A DNA stretch of 64,000 nucleotides from Felis catus (GCF_018350175.1 NC_058370.1:55862001-55926000); one strand, 5' to 3'; numbered from the stretch's first letter, positions 49,173 to 60,966 are shown. Notes: generated by a model not told the origin, from the sequence alone. Program-made: numbers and translations.

Positions 49173-50349
49173 AAGATTGTGTCCCGTGTCCTACAAATGT
49201 TTGATTTCTCTGAGTGACACACAGAAGAATCCCAATTATGCGCTTGGGAGGGAAGAAATGAATTGAAGTCTAATTGTCCAATTCTGAGACACATACACAT
49301 TCTCTGAAAATTTCACATTCATATGAATAAAGAGGCACGTTTTATTTGTACAAATGCAGTGCATTTTAGAACTCATGCAGGTAACTTTTACAGCCACTCC
49401 TAGGGGGCAAGAGTGCACCGACATTGGCCACTCTGGGTGCTCCAGTCACCTTAATCTCTTCGCGGAGTTACACCCACGTTTTTATGGGGATACCATCACG
49501 GGACTCCAAGGTGGAGTAAATCCAGCCAGACTCGTGCTGCCCAGCAATAAGACTTGTGCAGATTTCCCCCCTTTTCTCTGAGACTATAAAAGGAGGGTGA
49601 GATTAGGTCTGAGAGCACAAGGAAACTTCCTCGGGAAGTCAAGTTTTCTGTACAGCGGTGAAAAGTATGCGGCTCGGAAGAGTCAAAGAGAGAGCCCCTC
49701 TCACCCCAAAGTCAATAGGAAATTCAAGTCCATTGACACTGTTATTGGCAGAGGGAGATCCCGGATGACTGACATAAATTGCTCTCTGAGAAGGGCTGGA
49801 AGGAAATGTCATTTCCAAAATTAAATAGCTCGCACGTCCATGGTCAGGGGAGGGGTGGGGTGGCCCTGAAAGACCACCGCACAGCAGGGAGCTCACTTGG
49901 CATTTAGCTCAGTTACGCCAATGCACTGAAAAAGGAAAAGGATGACAAGGGATGCCATTGCTTGGAAAACCAAAACCCTCACTCCACACCAACCAGACAG
50001 AAGGAAGGACAAGCCCTGTCCACACCTTGCCTGGCTGTCTATCATAGTTGCAGCTCTGCACAAAGGAACGAGTGGAGGCATTTTTCTGATGAATCATCTA
50101 ATGTGACAAGAGCCCCTTCTCAGGATCTCTGCTGGGGAGCAGCGATTCCCCGGGCTTGCAACACCTCTGAGAAGGAAAGAGGAAGGAAGGGAATGCAGAA
50201 AGTTAGCTCTCTGATGAAAGATCTCTCGGCGTAGCACTTGCCGACTTTTCATCCTGTCTTACAAGGTATTAGGGAGAAGGAAAACAAGGGCAGCTTTCAG
50301 AGGTGGGATTTGGCAACTGCGAAGTCAGTGCTAACTGGCCCGAGATGTG

Positions 50350-50435
50350 AACTTTGTTCTTTGTTTGCATGCTAATTACATTGTGTCGACAGAGGCAATG
50401 GCTGCCCCAGAAAATATAACGGTGATTTATTGATG
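50350..50435. promoter_or_regulatory. Candidate enhancer: SOX-(3 bp)-OCT composite with additional SOX, homeobox and PBX-HOX sites
   Basis: CTTTGTT-TGC-ATGCTAAT at 50359-50376; CTTTGTT at 50352-50358; TAATTA; CATTGT at 50379-50384; TGATTTAT at 50423-50430. Confidence 0.45.
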
Positions 50436-50724
50436 ATAGTCTGAATCTGTGTCTTTGAAGAGTGAGAAAGGCTGTAACAAATTGCTAATAACATTTAGGC
50501 TCATGGAAGGAAGGTTTTCCAAGGCAAGAGATCGTTGGAATAATTTCGCAGATGTTCCGGGGAGTCGAAGGGCGGTATACTCTTTATATAGGTGTTTTGT
50601 CCTTCGGGTTCGTTCTATGTATTGCTAGAGAAAGTTGTACCAGCTAGCGATTCCAAAGACCTAATTTCCACATCTCTGCATTTTGCCTAGACTGACACTC
50701 TTCAAAACTGTTAAGTAAATTTTC

Positions 50725-50880
50725 TGGTTATCTATGCCTGTGTAGCCAATTATCCCAGAACTCAGTCCTTAAGAATGACCATTTATTACACTGGAAGATT
50801 CTGTGGGTCAGGAATTCAAAGTGGATATAAGGGGTGTTTGTCTTTATGTCTTCTGGGCCTCAGCTGGGAGGGCTTGAAAC
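50725..50880 (-). mobile_element. MaLR LTR 3' fragment (MLT1-like)
   Basis: TTATCTATGCCTGTGTAGCCAATTATCCCAGAACTCAGT...TTCTGTGGGTCAGGAATTC...GGCCTCAGCTGGGA. Confidence 0.7.
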
Positions 50881-50920
50881 TTGTTTTTCTTTCTTCTTTC
50901 GCTTATAACTCCTTGTAATT

Positions 50921-51138
50921 AAAAAAATTTTTTTTAATGTTTATTTATTTTTGGGACAGAGAGAGACAGAGCATGAACGGGGGAGGGGCAGAGAGAGAGG
51001 GAGACACAGAATCAGAAACAGGCTCCAGGCTCTGAGCCATCAGCCCAGAGCCCGACGCCGGGCTCGAACTCACAGACCGCGAGATCGTGACCTGAGCCAA
51101 AGTCAGACGCTCAACCGACTGAGCCACCCAGGCGCCCC
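50921..51138 (-). mobile_element. Can-SINE (felid)
   Basis: TSD TCCTTGTAATT at 50910-50920 and 51141-51151. Confidence 0.97.
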
Positions 51139-51509
51139 ATTCCTTGTAATTTTAAGGGGTACGCACATGTGATTTTTTGTGACAGGATGGTCAAATACAT
51201 TTTCTGGTCCCTTTTGTTTTAAAATTGGAAGTAGGACTACTCAAAGGCGGTAAGATTTTAAGTGCGAAGACGGAGGTTTTGCCATTCTTTCTGAGGCTTC
51301 AGAATGGGAGAGTCAGATGTTAAATGTACTGACGTTACCTTGGGAACGCGTGCACAGAGAGGCCACGGCAGAGTTTACCTCTGGAGTGGAGCTCAGAGGG
51401 TCAGGGGCAGGAACTGGGAAGGAACTTGATGTTTCCTGTACTGGAACCCCTATCTTCTCTGGTCTGGCTGTGGAGCATACCATGATGAGCTTTTTGTTTT
51501 GAAAGAATC

Positions 51510-51960
51510 CAAAAGGGTACCGTCTGAAAAGGCTGCATAGCTAGGACTCCGACCATGGGGCGTTTTGGAAAAGGCAGAACTCACTTCACATTGGTGGTTG
51601 CCAGGGGTTGGGAGGAAGGAGGGAGCCCAGAGTTTTAGGGGAGTGAAGCTACTTCGTACGATGCTATCATGACACCTGCTATCACACATGTAATTGTATA
51701 CACGCACGTATGATACACGTGCACTTTGCGTTTGTCCAAACCCAGGGAACGTACAACAGCAAGAGTGAACTGTCACGTGAACGATGGGCTCTGGGTGATA
51801 CTGATGTGTCAGTGTAGGTTCATCGATTGTAACAAGTGCACCACTCCTGTGCGGGATGCTGAGAGCTGGGGAGGCTGTGCGTGCGTGAGGACTAGCGGTA
51901 ATTGAGAACTCTCTGTTCAGTTTTGCTACGAACCTAAACTTAGTCTAAAAAGAAAAAGAA
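51510..51960 (+). mobile_element. L1 3'UTR end (L1MC-like)
   Basis: GTGGTTGCCAGGGGTTGGG...TTTGTCCAAACCCA...GTGTCAGTGTAGGTTCATCGATTGTAACAAGTGCACCACTC...GAACCTAAAC. Confidence 0.88.
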
Positions 51961-52169
51961 AGTTCATTATTATTTATAAAAGGGCACATCCGGTAAATTT
52001 GCTTGAATGTGCAATTTGAGACATAAAACTTTGGTACTCCACCACAGGAGTTTTCTTTGGGTAGATCTGCTGTTAAGGTAGGGGTCCGGTTCCCGAAAAT
52101 AGTCCGGCAAGTATATCTCTGTTGCGAAAAGCCTGCAAACTCATGGGAGGAAAGGCAATCAATCCCTCT

Positions 52170-52655
52170 CCAGGTGCACTGTTTGAGTGGAGAACATAAT
52201 ATAATGCCAGCAGATACGACCGTCTGCCAAGAAAAGTTGGACTATAGCCGTTTAAACAGTTAAGAGGTGCTCACGTTTAAAGCAAGCTGGGCAATTATTC
52301 AGTTTGACTGGAGCTGGATCGGCTCCATTTGGAGCCTTGGTTTGGGGCATCCCGCCTTTCACAGACAGAACAAATTAGAGGGAGCTCTGAAGGGAGCATC
52401 AGAAATGATAAAAGGTTTAGAAAATGTGACCCGGGAGAAAAGGTTAAGAGAACTGGACACATTGAATCTTCAGAAAAGAAGAGCTGAGGGAGACATAATA
52501 ACTATTTTACTCCGACATAAAGGGATATTATAAAGAGGATGGGGACCAATTATTCTCATTAGTCAATGGGGACAAAACAAGAAGTAATAGGCTTACACTG
52601 TGGCAGGGCAGATTCAGGTTAAATATCAGGATGAGATTTCACACTATCAGAAGTT
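52170..52655 (+). mobile_element. CR1/L3-type LINE ORF2 C-terminal fossil
   Basis: Translates as KLEGALKGASEMIKGLENVTREKRLRELDTLNLQKRRAEGDIITI and, after one frameshift, IKGYYKEDGDQLFSLVNGDKTRSNRLTLWQGRFRLNIR. This matches the CR1 ORF2 pattern KLERVQRRATKMIKGLE..YEERL.EL.LFSLEKRRLRGD...TRGN..KL...RFRLDIR. Confidence 0.9.
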
Positions 52656-53118
52656 GGAGAAGATGAGGGAGGGCTTACGTAGGCTCCTCTTGCTGAGAAA
52701 TGGCTGAGGTTGAATTTAATGGGTGATTAATTGGGGCGGACTGGGGACTTTCAGATCGAGTCCTCTCTGCTACGCATAGCTTGATGTGTCAGCGAACCCC
52801 TCTCCCCTCACATAATAGATTTGGGGATCGACGCGAGTGGGAACAGATATATATGTCTCAGGGCTTCCCCTTCTGCATCTTTACATTATAGTGTCAGGAG
52901 AAGGAACACTCTTCTTAAATTAACGTCAAAATACATTTATTACATCTGTTATTAGCGAGTGCACAGTGTACTACTCCATAAGTCGTGAAATGTACAACTT
53001 CCATCAACCTTTGAAATGTTTTACAGAAACATAACACTCAATAATGTCTAAACAAGTGTGTGACAAGAACATTGAAACATGCTTTCTATAAGGAATAAAA
53101 TCGTCTTGCTGGTGGGTT

Positions 53119-53154
53119 CTCTCTCTCTCTCTCTCTCTCTCTCCCCCTCTCTCT
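53119..53154. repeat. (CT)n microsatellite
   Basis: Directly visible. Confidence 0.95.
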
Positions 53155-54223
53155 GTCATTTCCTGGTTTCAATCAGGCTTTAGAAAACCCTTAGCACCTG
53201 AACCAAAGGGACGCAGAGCTGCAAACACTCACCCCCTACTGTGGCTTATTGGAATTTTATCTGCCTAAAGATTGGGCAAAGTTTACCTCATTATTTCTCC
53301 ACTCTCTTATTGGTCACAAAGTTTGTAGCCCTTGATACATCTTTTCACGGAGCCATTAAGTGAAACAGCCAGTAATGAGTATCTTCATAATGACCCATTT
53401 AGTTCCTTCCACTGGAAGGGTTGCATATTACTTCTGCAACACTTCACCTACTCCATTCAGGAAACCAGCAACCCTGGTTAGTTGCCATTACAAACTTAAC
53501 TTCTCTTGAAATCACTGGTGCTACAAAATGTTCTTTTAACCTCCCATAATCTTGAGTTTTTAGATATGCAATATCTTGTCTATTGTGAAATCAGCGAAAT
53601 GGTTTTAGAGATCCCTGGGGTTTTCATACATTTGTATTTATCCCAAACTCTTTCAACTGCCAGTTGTTCATTAAAATAAAGTAAATTGGAATCGTTCATA
53701 AGAAATAAAAGCACTTTAATACTACACTATGCCGATCTTACCGGGATATCTTTGCGAAAATAGCCTCCTTTGAAATAATTCAAGATTTTCTAAATTGTTT
53801 AAAGACAAGCTTTCGTTTATTTGGAAGTATTGATACTCCCCCGACATACTTACATTTCCTGGTTAATAGAGCCTAAATTACCACTCAGGCCTTGAAGATG
53901 GTCAAGATCATTTCCCCACCACCGAGCACAAATCTTTCTGTAAACTGGTGTTTTTGAGTGAACACAACAGAGGAAATAGACTTTAAACAATTCAAGGTTG
54001 TGTTTCTTGGCTTTGTATATATTTTCAATATATGTTAATGAATGACGGGTTTTGTATTCTTTTTTTTTCTTCCAAGTTTTGTATTCTTAAAATAAATAAG
54101 TCCTTAAGAACAAAGTGGAATCTGACTTTACTAGATAGTCACTACACATTCATAATTTAACATTCTAACTGTCTTTGCAATTCTGAGACCGAAATCACAA
54201 GATATTTAAATTAAAAAAAAGTT

Positions 54224-54434
54224 ATTTTATTTTATTTTTATTTTTGAGACAGAGAGAGACAGTGCATGAACAGGGGAGGGGCAGAGAGAGAGAGGGAGAC
54301 ACAGAATCTGAAACAGGCTCCAGGCTCTGAGCTGTCAGCACAGAGCCCGACGCAGGGCTCAAACTCACGGACTTCGAGATCATGGCCTGAGCTCAAGTCT
54401 GGAGCTTAACCGACTGAGCCACCCAGGCACCCCC
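54224..54434 (-). mobile_element. Can-SINE inserted in the tail of the adjacent SINE
   Basis: TSD AAAAAAGTT at 54215-54223 and 54435-54443. Confidence 0.94.
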
Positions 54435-54441
54435 AAAAAAG

Positions 54442-54655
54442 TTTTTTTTTAACATGCATTTATTTTTGAGAGACAGAGCGAGACTGAGCACGAGTGGGGG
54501 AGGGGCAGAGAGAGAGGGAGACACAGAATCCGAAACAGGCTCCAGGCTCTGAGCCGTCAGCCCAGAGCCCGACGCGGGGCTGGAGCTCACAAATGGTGAG
54601 ATCATGACCTGAGTGGAAGTCAGACGCTTAACCGATAGAGCCACCCAGACGCCCC
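54442..54655 (-). mobile_element. Can-SINE (host)
   Basis: Reverse SINE; outer degenerate TSD GAT(A/C)TTTAAA. Confidence 0.94.
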
Positions 54656-55099
54656 TGATCTTTAAAAGGACATTTCAGACAGTCTGTGGAAGTGACTCAG
54701 GGCACAGCACGTGAAATAAAGAGTTTCTAATTTCTGATTTATAAACTCAGCCAAACCCAAATCCTTTGCACCTTTTTGGAATTATAGCCACGCTCTACCT
54801 CCCGTTCTCACCGATGCCAAGACGCCTTCTAACTTGGAAAACCACCATCCGCGTTCCCTGTTTAAAAACTCTCTTGACTCTGCGTTGTCTACCCAGAAAA
54901 GTCCAACCTCTTGCAGCTTCTCACTCTGGTCAACCTTTTCCTTTCCATTACACAAACAATTAAAGTTTTCCTTTCCACGGTACAAAAGTTTGTGTTTGGA
55001 AAGCACTGCTAGCATAAAGATTCCCAAAAAAACAACAACCAAACTTCATCCCCAGCAATTTTCAATCCACCAAAAATGTCTGTGTTTTCTGTGGTCTAT

Positions 55100-55398
55100 C
55101 CTTTACCTGTGATGATTTCTGCCCGAAAGGACTTCCTCCTACCCAGCCGCTTGGAGACGGACCTTTCAGCCTTTAAGATTCGGGTGACATGTCGGCAATG
55201 CTTTCTACGGCCCCTGACCCTTGGATGTAAAATCTGATCTGTTGTAGGTATTTTGTTTTAAATACTAGTTACTCCTTTCCGTAGGACGGGTGGCTGCCGC
55301 AAATCAAGCACAGTCACGCCTTTTTATATCCTTGGCACTCAGCACCGTGCCTGCATCAGCTAGGGTCAGTGAATTTTTGGTAAATAAGAAAATGAATC
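55100..55398 (+). mobile_element. L2 3' fragment
   Basis: TATATCCTTGGCACTCAGCACCGTGCCTGC...TAAATAAGAAAATGAAT terminus. Confidence 0.6.
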
Positions 55399-56784
55399 AT
55401 ATTCTCCCGGTCGCCACAGAGTCCAGTCCACCCACAGCCATCCGTACCCTGCACACCCTTATGATGAGCAGGGAAAACTGTTCCTTAGATCTGGGTGAAA
55501 AAAAGTAGCGTGCCTCACTCGAGCTGGCTCGCCTCTTGATCTTGCTATTTAAGTCGGGTTTCTCGGACACCGAGGGTGGGCTTATAATACCCATCGAGTT
55601 ACTGCATCACCTGTTTAAAAGAAAATCATTGCTATGTGTTAGCATAGCTAACGGCTGTCAATTAAAAAATAGTCGTGTTTAAAGCGACCGTGCCGCAAGT
55701 TTGAAGCGTCTGCTAAGCCACGGGTTCTAATTTTTTCAAACTAAGTTTTATTAAGTGATCTGCTTACAAAGCAATACCGTCCAGAAATGATGTGGCTACT
55801 CTCGCTGTCTATGTAGCCAGACGTGGCCAGTGCCCATTTCTCTGCCAGCTATAAATCCTCTCACACCACAAAGTCGGAAGCTGGCGTAGCTCATTTGTGA
55901 TGCTACACTTGCGTTCCACGGCAAGATTGATTCCCTGAATTCAAAGAATTCTAGCAAATGAATGATTAGGAATACATAATTTTAGGTGACAGCCATGGGT
56001 CTGCAGTAGAATAATTTGATATTTGAACTGAACACTTATCAGGAGGAGTATTATTGTGATGTGATTTGAACGACAGTAGGCTCAAAAAGAAAAAAAAGGG
56101 AGGGGGGATCATCTGGGAACCTTGAAAAAACCACTTCTTGCTGTAGATTGCTTGTTTCAACCCTGCCTTGAAACTGTTACCGTGGGCTAAGCTTAGAATG
56201 AGAAACAAACAAACAAAAAGGTCTTGGGGAACGGGTAACAATCTTACATACCTTTCTACTGATAAATATGTTGCAACGTATTTTATTCTACATCCAATTT
56301 TAAAACTCTTACAGGAGTTCTAATGAATAAAAGCATGTTAGCGTGTAATTTAGCCGGTGTAATATTTTCTTCCTGGGGCCTCATATTCTTATTTTTATAG
56401 AGGGATGGCTCCCATGTGTGTGGTGGGGAACAGTGTGGAATAGCAGGGAGAGCTATGAGCCAGGGGTTCATGCAGTGTCTCCAGGTCACGCCCTCTGCCA
56501 TTTTCTACAAATCATTTGACTCCTCTGTCCTTCCCATTCCTTGTTTATACCATGTTGTCCCTGAGGACTCTTCTGGACTTTACAACTGAATGAGTCTATT
56601 TCCCATATGGTTTGTATCGTCTTCCCTTAGCTGTGGTTATTCTTCTTAAGCTAATTTCTCATCTTTCGATGCATTTCATTCTTGTCCTGAGTGTTTGAAA
56701 ACGGTCATCGTCATCGGTGCCTACAACTGCGATTTAAACATTTGGAAAACCCTTGGAGCCTGTTGGGTCATTAGGATCTGGTTC

Positions 56785-56857
56785 GTCCATTAACCGGAAA
56801 TGCATGGTAGGACCGCAGGAAGTCCATTAACGGACCTGCGTGGTCGGACCGCAGAAA
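56785..56857. repeat. Diverged two-copy tandem duplication of about 37 bp
   Basis: GTCCATTAACCGGAAATGCATGGTAGGACCGCAGGAA compared with GTCCATTAAC-GGACCTGCGTGGTCGGACCGCAGAAA. Confidence 0.85.
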
Positions 56858-57111
56858 GCCCTGAGAGCGCACGTCTGTGGGAAGGAGCAAGGGGTCATTC
56901 TCAAGGCCCTCGAGGATGGGGCCTGGCCTGTTCTGCATCCTCCTGGGTGCCCAGCACAGAGCTTTCCGGGGTCCCTGTCAGTCGATTCTGTGGTGCCCAG
57001 AGATATTCCAGGCAAGCCTTATGGAGCATAGGAAGGGCTTTAGGTACAGAACCGAGTTACCTTCAATGCAGATGTGCAGAGCCCGTGAATTACACAGCCT
57101 TTGAAAGAGAC

Positions 57112-58562
57112 NNNNNNNNNNNNNNNNNNNNNNNNNNNNNNNNNNNNNNNNNNNNNNNNNNNNNNNNNNNNNNNNNNNNNNNNNNNNNNNNNNNNNNNNN
57201 NNNNNNNNNNNNNNNNNNNNNNNNNNNNNNNNNNNNNNNNNNNNNNNNNNNNNNNNNNNNNNNNNNNNNACTGCAATCCTTCCTCTTCCCCCCGGAAGAT
57301 TTGCTTACAAGCCACTACCGTGGGCACCGTTCCGATGTGGGTGTCTATTCGGGGACACGTAAGAGCCCGGCAACTTCTAGGGGCACGTCCCCTGACGAAG
57401 ACACTCTATTCTTCACACAATGTTTATTCCTCTAAATTCCAAATGCTACTATTTTAGGTGATTACTTTCCAGTTTGGGTGATGAAATCATTTCAGCGCAG
57501 CCATCGCAGGTCTCTGGAGCCTGACTTTGTCTACCCAATTCTGTTCGCTGTCAGCCGAACACCCCTAAGACAGCCACGAAGGCGGGGCCTTGCAGCGAGA
57601 GTGGCCACATGGCTGTGATTATGTCCGAGTTAACACATCAGCCTCATGAAGCTCAGAGAAAAACACATTTCCCAGATGTATGTTTGTGGCTTGTAAGGTT
57701 GAGACAATGCCACACTCCGTTTCTGCGTGTGTGTGTTGGTTGGTTTATTTGCGACGTCTGGGATACAGGGATGCGAGAGACAGGTAGGGATGTGTGTATG
57801 GATGTTTATCATTTTTAAAGAGAGTGCAAATTGAACATGCCGTGTCTCCATCAGCCGTGATTTAAATGCTTGATGTCAGAACGCATTTCGCCACAAGCGA
57901 TTGCCTTTGCGGCTTTGTTTATAGCATCTTTCTGCTTTTGGTGTTGGTGGCGGGGAGGTGGCCGGGGCTATAGAGGCAATGGTCCTCTCAAATGGAGAAA
58001 GGCAGCGTTCCGATGGCGATGGCGACTTCCTTCAACCAGCAGATTCTTGTAAGGAGCCGCAGGAACATGACTTTAAATAGATCCATAACAAAGAGTTAAA
58101 AAGACATTAGGTCGTTTGCTCTTTGATGGCAAAATCGCAACTTCAGCTTGTATTCCAAGAGGCATATTTGCTGTGTTGGTCCNNNNNNNNNNNNNNNNNN
58201 NNNNNNNNNNNNNNNNNNNNNNNNNNNNNNNNNNNNNNNNNNNNNNNNNNNNNNNNNNNNNNNNNNNNNNNNNNNNNNNNNNNNNNNNNNNNNNNNNNNN
58301 NNNNNNNNNNNNNNNNNNNNNNNNNNNNNNTGATTTGTTAACTGTGCATGTAAATGGAGCTGAAGGCCCATTTTCAAGCCTGACCTGTGATAAGCAAATG
58401 CACATAAATACACAATAAACCGCGATAACANNNNNNNNNNNNNNNNNNNNNNNNNNNNNNNNNNNNNNNNNNNNNNNNNNNNNNNNNNNNNNNNNNNNNN
58501 NNNNNNNNNNNNNNNNNNNNNNNNNNNNNNNNNNNNNNNNNNNNNNNNNNNNNNNNNNNNNN
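57112..58562. other. N-blocks 57112-57269 (158 nt), 58183-58330 (148 nt) and 58431-58562 (132 nt)
   Basis: Directly visible. Confidence 0.99.
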
Positions 58563-59199
58563 GCCTTGACACAAAAGCGTTTTTGTCCCTCGTTTGTATT
58601 CACTGAGGACATGTGAGTTCCAAAGCCCCAGAAGGGAAGTTATGTATGGCTCTCTGTTTGACTGAGACAGGTTGAAGTGTTGCCTACCAATAAGATGCAC
58701 CCTTTATTTAGGGATCGCAGATACACATTTTATATTTCCCTACCAAGCCGCAAGGGCAAAAGCCTAAGTATTACCATTTTTAATGACTGTCGAGAAGTAC
58801 ACAGGCTAAGGAATCTAAAACCCACAATTTATGCTTTCGTAAATCAATTTGCATTATTTGGTGGTATAAATGAATTGAACAGAATGCACAGTAATATATC
58901 TAAATTTACTAAGGCCGAAAATGACTAGAAATCCATGCTGTCATGACACGAGATTATTCTCTTCAGGTGCATGGGTGCATTTCGCCTAAAGAAGCAAGGT
59001 TATGCCCCAAACCCCGGGCACAAGTGCTCGCTATTTCACGTACTTGCTTCTGGGTCTTAGTGGGGACTTTACTTCTGACTTAACCCTTTCTCCACTGTTA
59101 TTTAAGTCGTGGTTAAAGTACCTACCCTATAAAGCGCTGCTGATTCCCTCGGGGAGGGAGGATTGCTTTTTCTTCTAAGGTCTCCTCTCCTCTGCAGCA

Positions 59200-59395
59200 C
59201 AGACCTTTGCTGTGACTCTCATCACCTGACCTTGTGAATCACTGGTGACACAGGGAGGTTGTTTATGGATCTGTCTCCCCAGGGGGTGTGGACTTGGGCA
59301 GACAAAAGCATCTTTTGTGTCATATCTGACCAGTTTGTCTCAGCATCAGGATAGGATCCCCCTAGAAGGTTGTCAACAATTACTTACTGAATGGC
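59200..59395 (+). mobile_element. L2 3' fragment (very diverged)
   Basis: GTTTATGGATCTGTCTCCCC...TCAACAATTACTTACTGAATG. Confidence 0.5.
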
Positions 59396-60770
59396 TTATG
59401 CCATTTTAGAATCTACAAGTCTTTGTTTAGACTCAGAATTTCGGACATTTCTTAGATATCCATAGACTGTCATCGCAGCAAAATAGTTAAGTATCACTGC
59501 TGGGCAGCGACAATGAATTATTACAAAAGATCTGGGCTAAATAATTCTGATTTGCAATCTGTATGTCATTTGTGACTTGGCCCATCCGATGCAAAATTGC
59601 CCTCTAGGAGAATGTGCTTGACAACGAGGCCCCAGTGACATCTTCTGTCCTCTGAGCCCTCCTGGCTCTGTGGCTCCAGGGGCCATCTCCTGTCCAACCG
59701 TCACTTACCAGGGTAACTGGTTACAGTTGGCTATCCTCTCTCCCCAGGAGAAAACACATTCATGGATTTTTGACTCAAGCCATCGGAGGGGTTGCCTTGG
59801 ATTCTCATTTACTTTCTTTGTGATGGCCCGATTGAATGCCAGTGACAAAGCAGTCTTGGGTGTAAATCCTCTCACTCATAGTTTTGTTACATTTGTAAAG
59901 TAAGGAGCTTTGGTATTTAAATTAAGCTTCTACATGAGACGTGAATAAATAATTTCTTTGGAAACCTAAAGGCACCCCGACACAATTATGTTGGGGGATA
60001 CTTTGACTTCTGACTCAGAATTGGATAGCCCTTTTGATGCAGCTGTACTGATCCCCTGGTGTAGACTGACCACCATGGGGAGTTATAAGAAAAGCCTTTC
60101 TCCCCTGTTTGCATACTTTTTTTTCCTCAATGGCTCAAATCAATATATGTCATAGTGAAGGCAGCCTCAAGGATCTCTTCGCTTTTCTTTCCTCCTCTAC
60201 CAAGTGAGGGGCTGGACCAGCAGATGATTGTGTAAGATCCCTTCTGATGCCAGTCGCCATCTCTGGCTTCTATGTACAACCTTGGGGGTTGCAAACATAG
60301 GCAGATCCTAATTGGATGAATATAATTTTTCTACCGGAGTGGCACATTTCCTTCCTAGAAGGGAAACGTGTGTGGCTTGAAAGCAATGGGTCCTGAGGTC
60401 CGTCACCGAAGATGTTTATTTTAAAGGCAGCATCGATTCAGATTTTATCAATTGCCACCAAACAAACTGACTAATTTTAATGATGCTTGGCCACTGGGTC
60501 GGATGTGAGGGCACAGCTCTTTGCTTCCGTTTTACCAGGAAGGGAGAGGTCCATTCTATGGAATTCTGGAAGACTAACCTCTGTGATGATAGCTGTGGCT
60601 GGATTCACCTGGAAGTAAAGGTGGGGTCATGTTGAGTTGGGGAAACTATGGACAAATTCACAGGAAGACAGATTAAGAACAAGACAGAGAGTGTAGGAGA
60701 TGAAGCTGGACACACAGAGACAGGGCTAAAGGGAGTATACTTCACTGAGTTAAGAACCATGTTTTCTTAT

Positions 60771-60966
60771 GGGGTGCCTGGGTGGCTCAGTCAGTTGAGT
60801 GTCCGTATCTTGACTTTGGTTCCGGTCGTGATCTCATGCTTCGCGAGTTCGAGCTCTGCGTCAGGTTCTACACTGACAGTGGGGAGGCTGCTTGGGATTC
60901 TCTTTCTCCCTCTCTCTCCGCCCCTCCCCTGGTCTCTCTCTCTAAAAATAAATAAATAAACATGAA

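Noticed and set aside
50357-50376. The idea that this window is the FGF4 locus
   Set aside because: The Fgf4 element lies in that gene's 3' UTR, and no FGF4 coding exon is visible nearby.
5808-58367. Shared 15-mer AATGGAGCTGAAGGC at 5808-5822 and 58353-58367
   Set aside because: About 2e9 position pairs against 4^15 (about 1e9) means a few such matches are expected by chance in 64 kb.
7746-58700. Long ORFs containing X runs (e.g. 7780-8706, 19971-20591, 56800-57435, 58073-58612)
   Set aside because: They are open only because N codons cannot be stops, and the called parts show no protein similarity.
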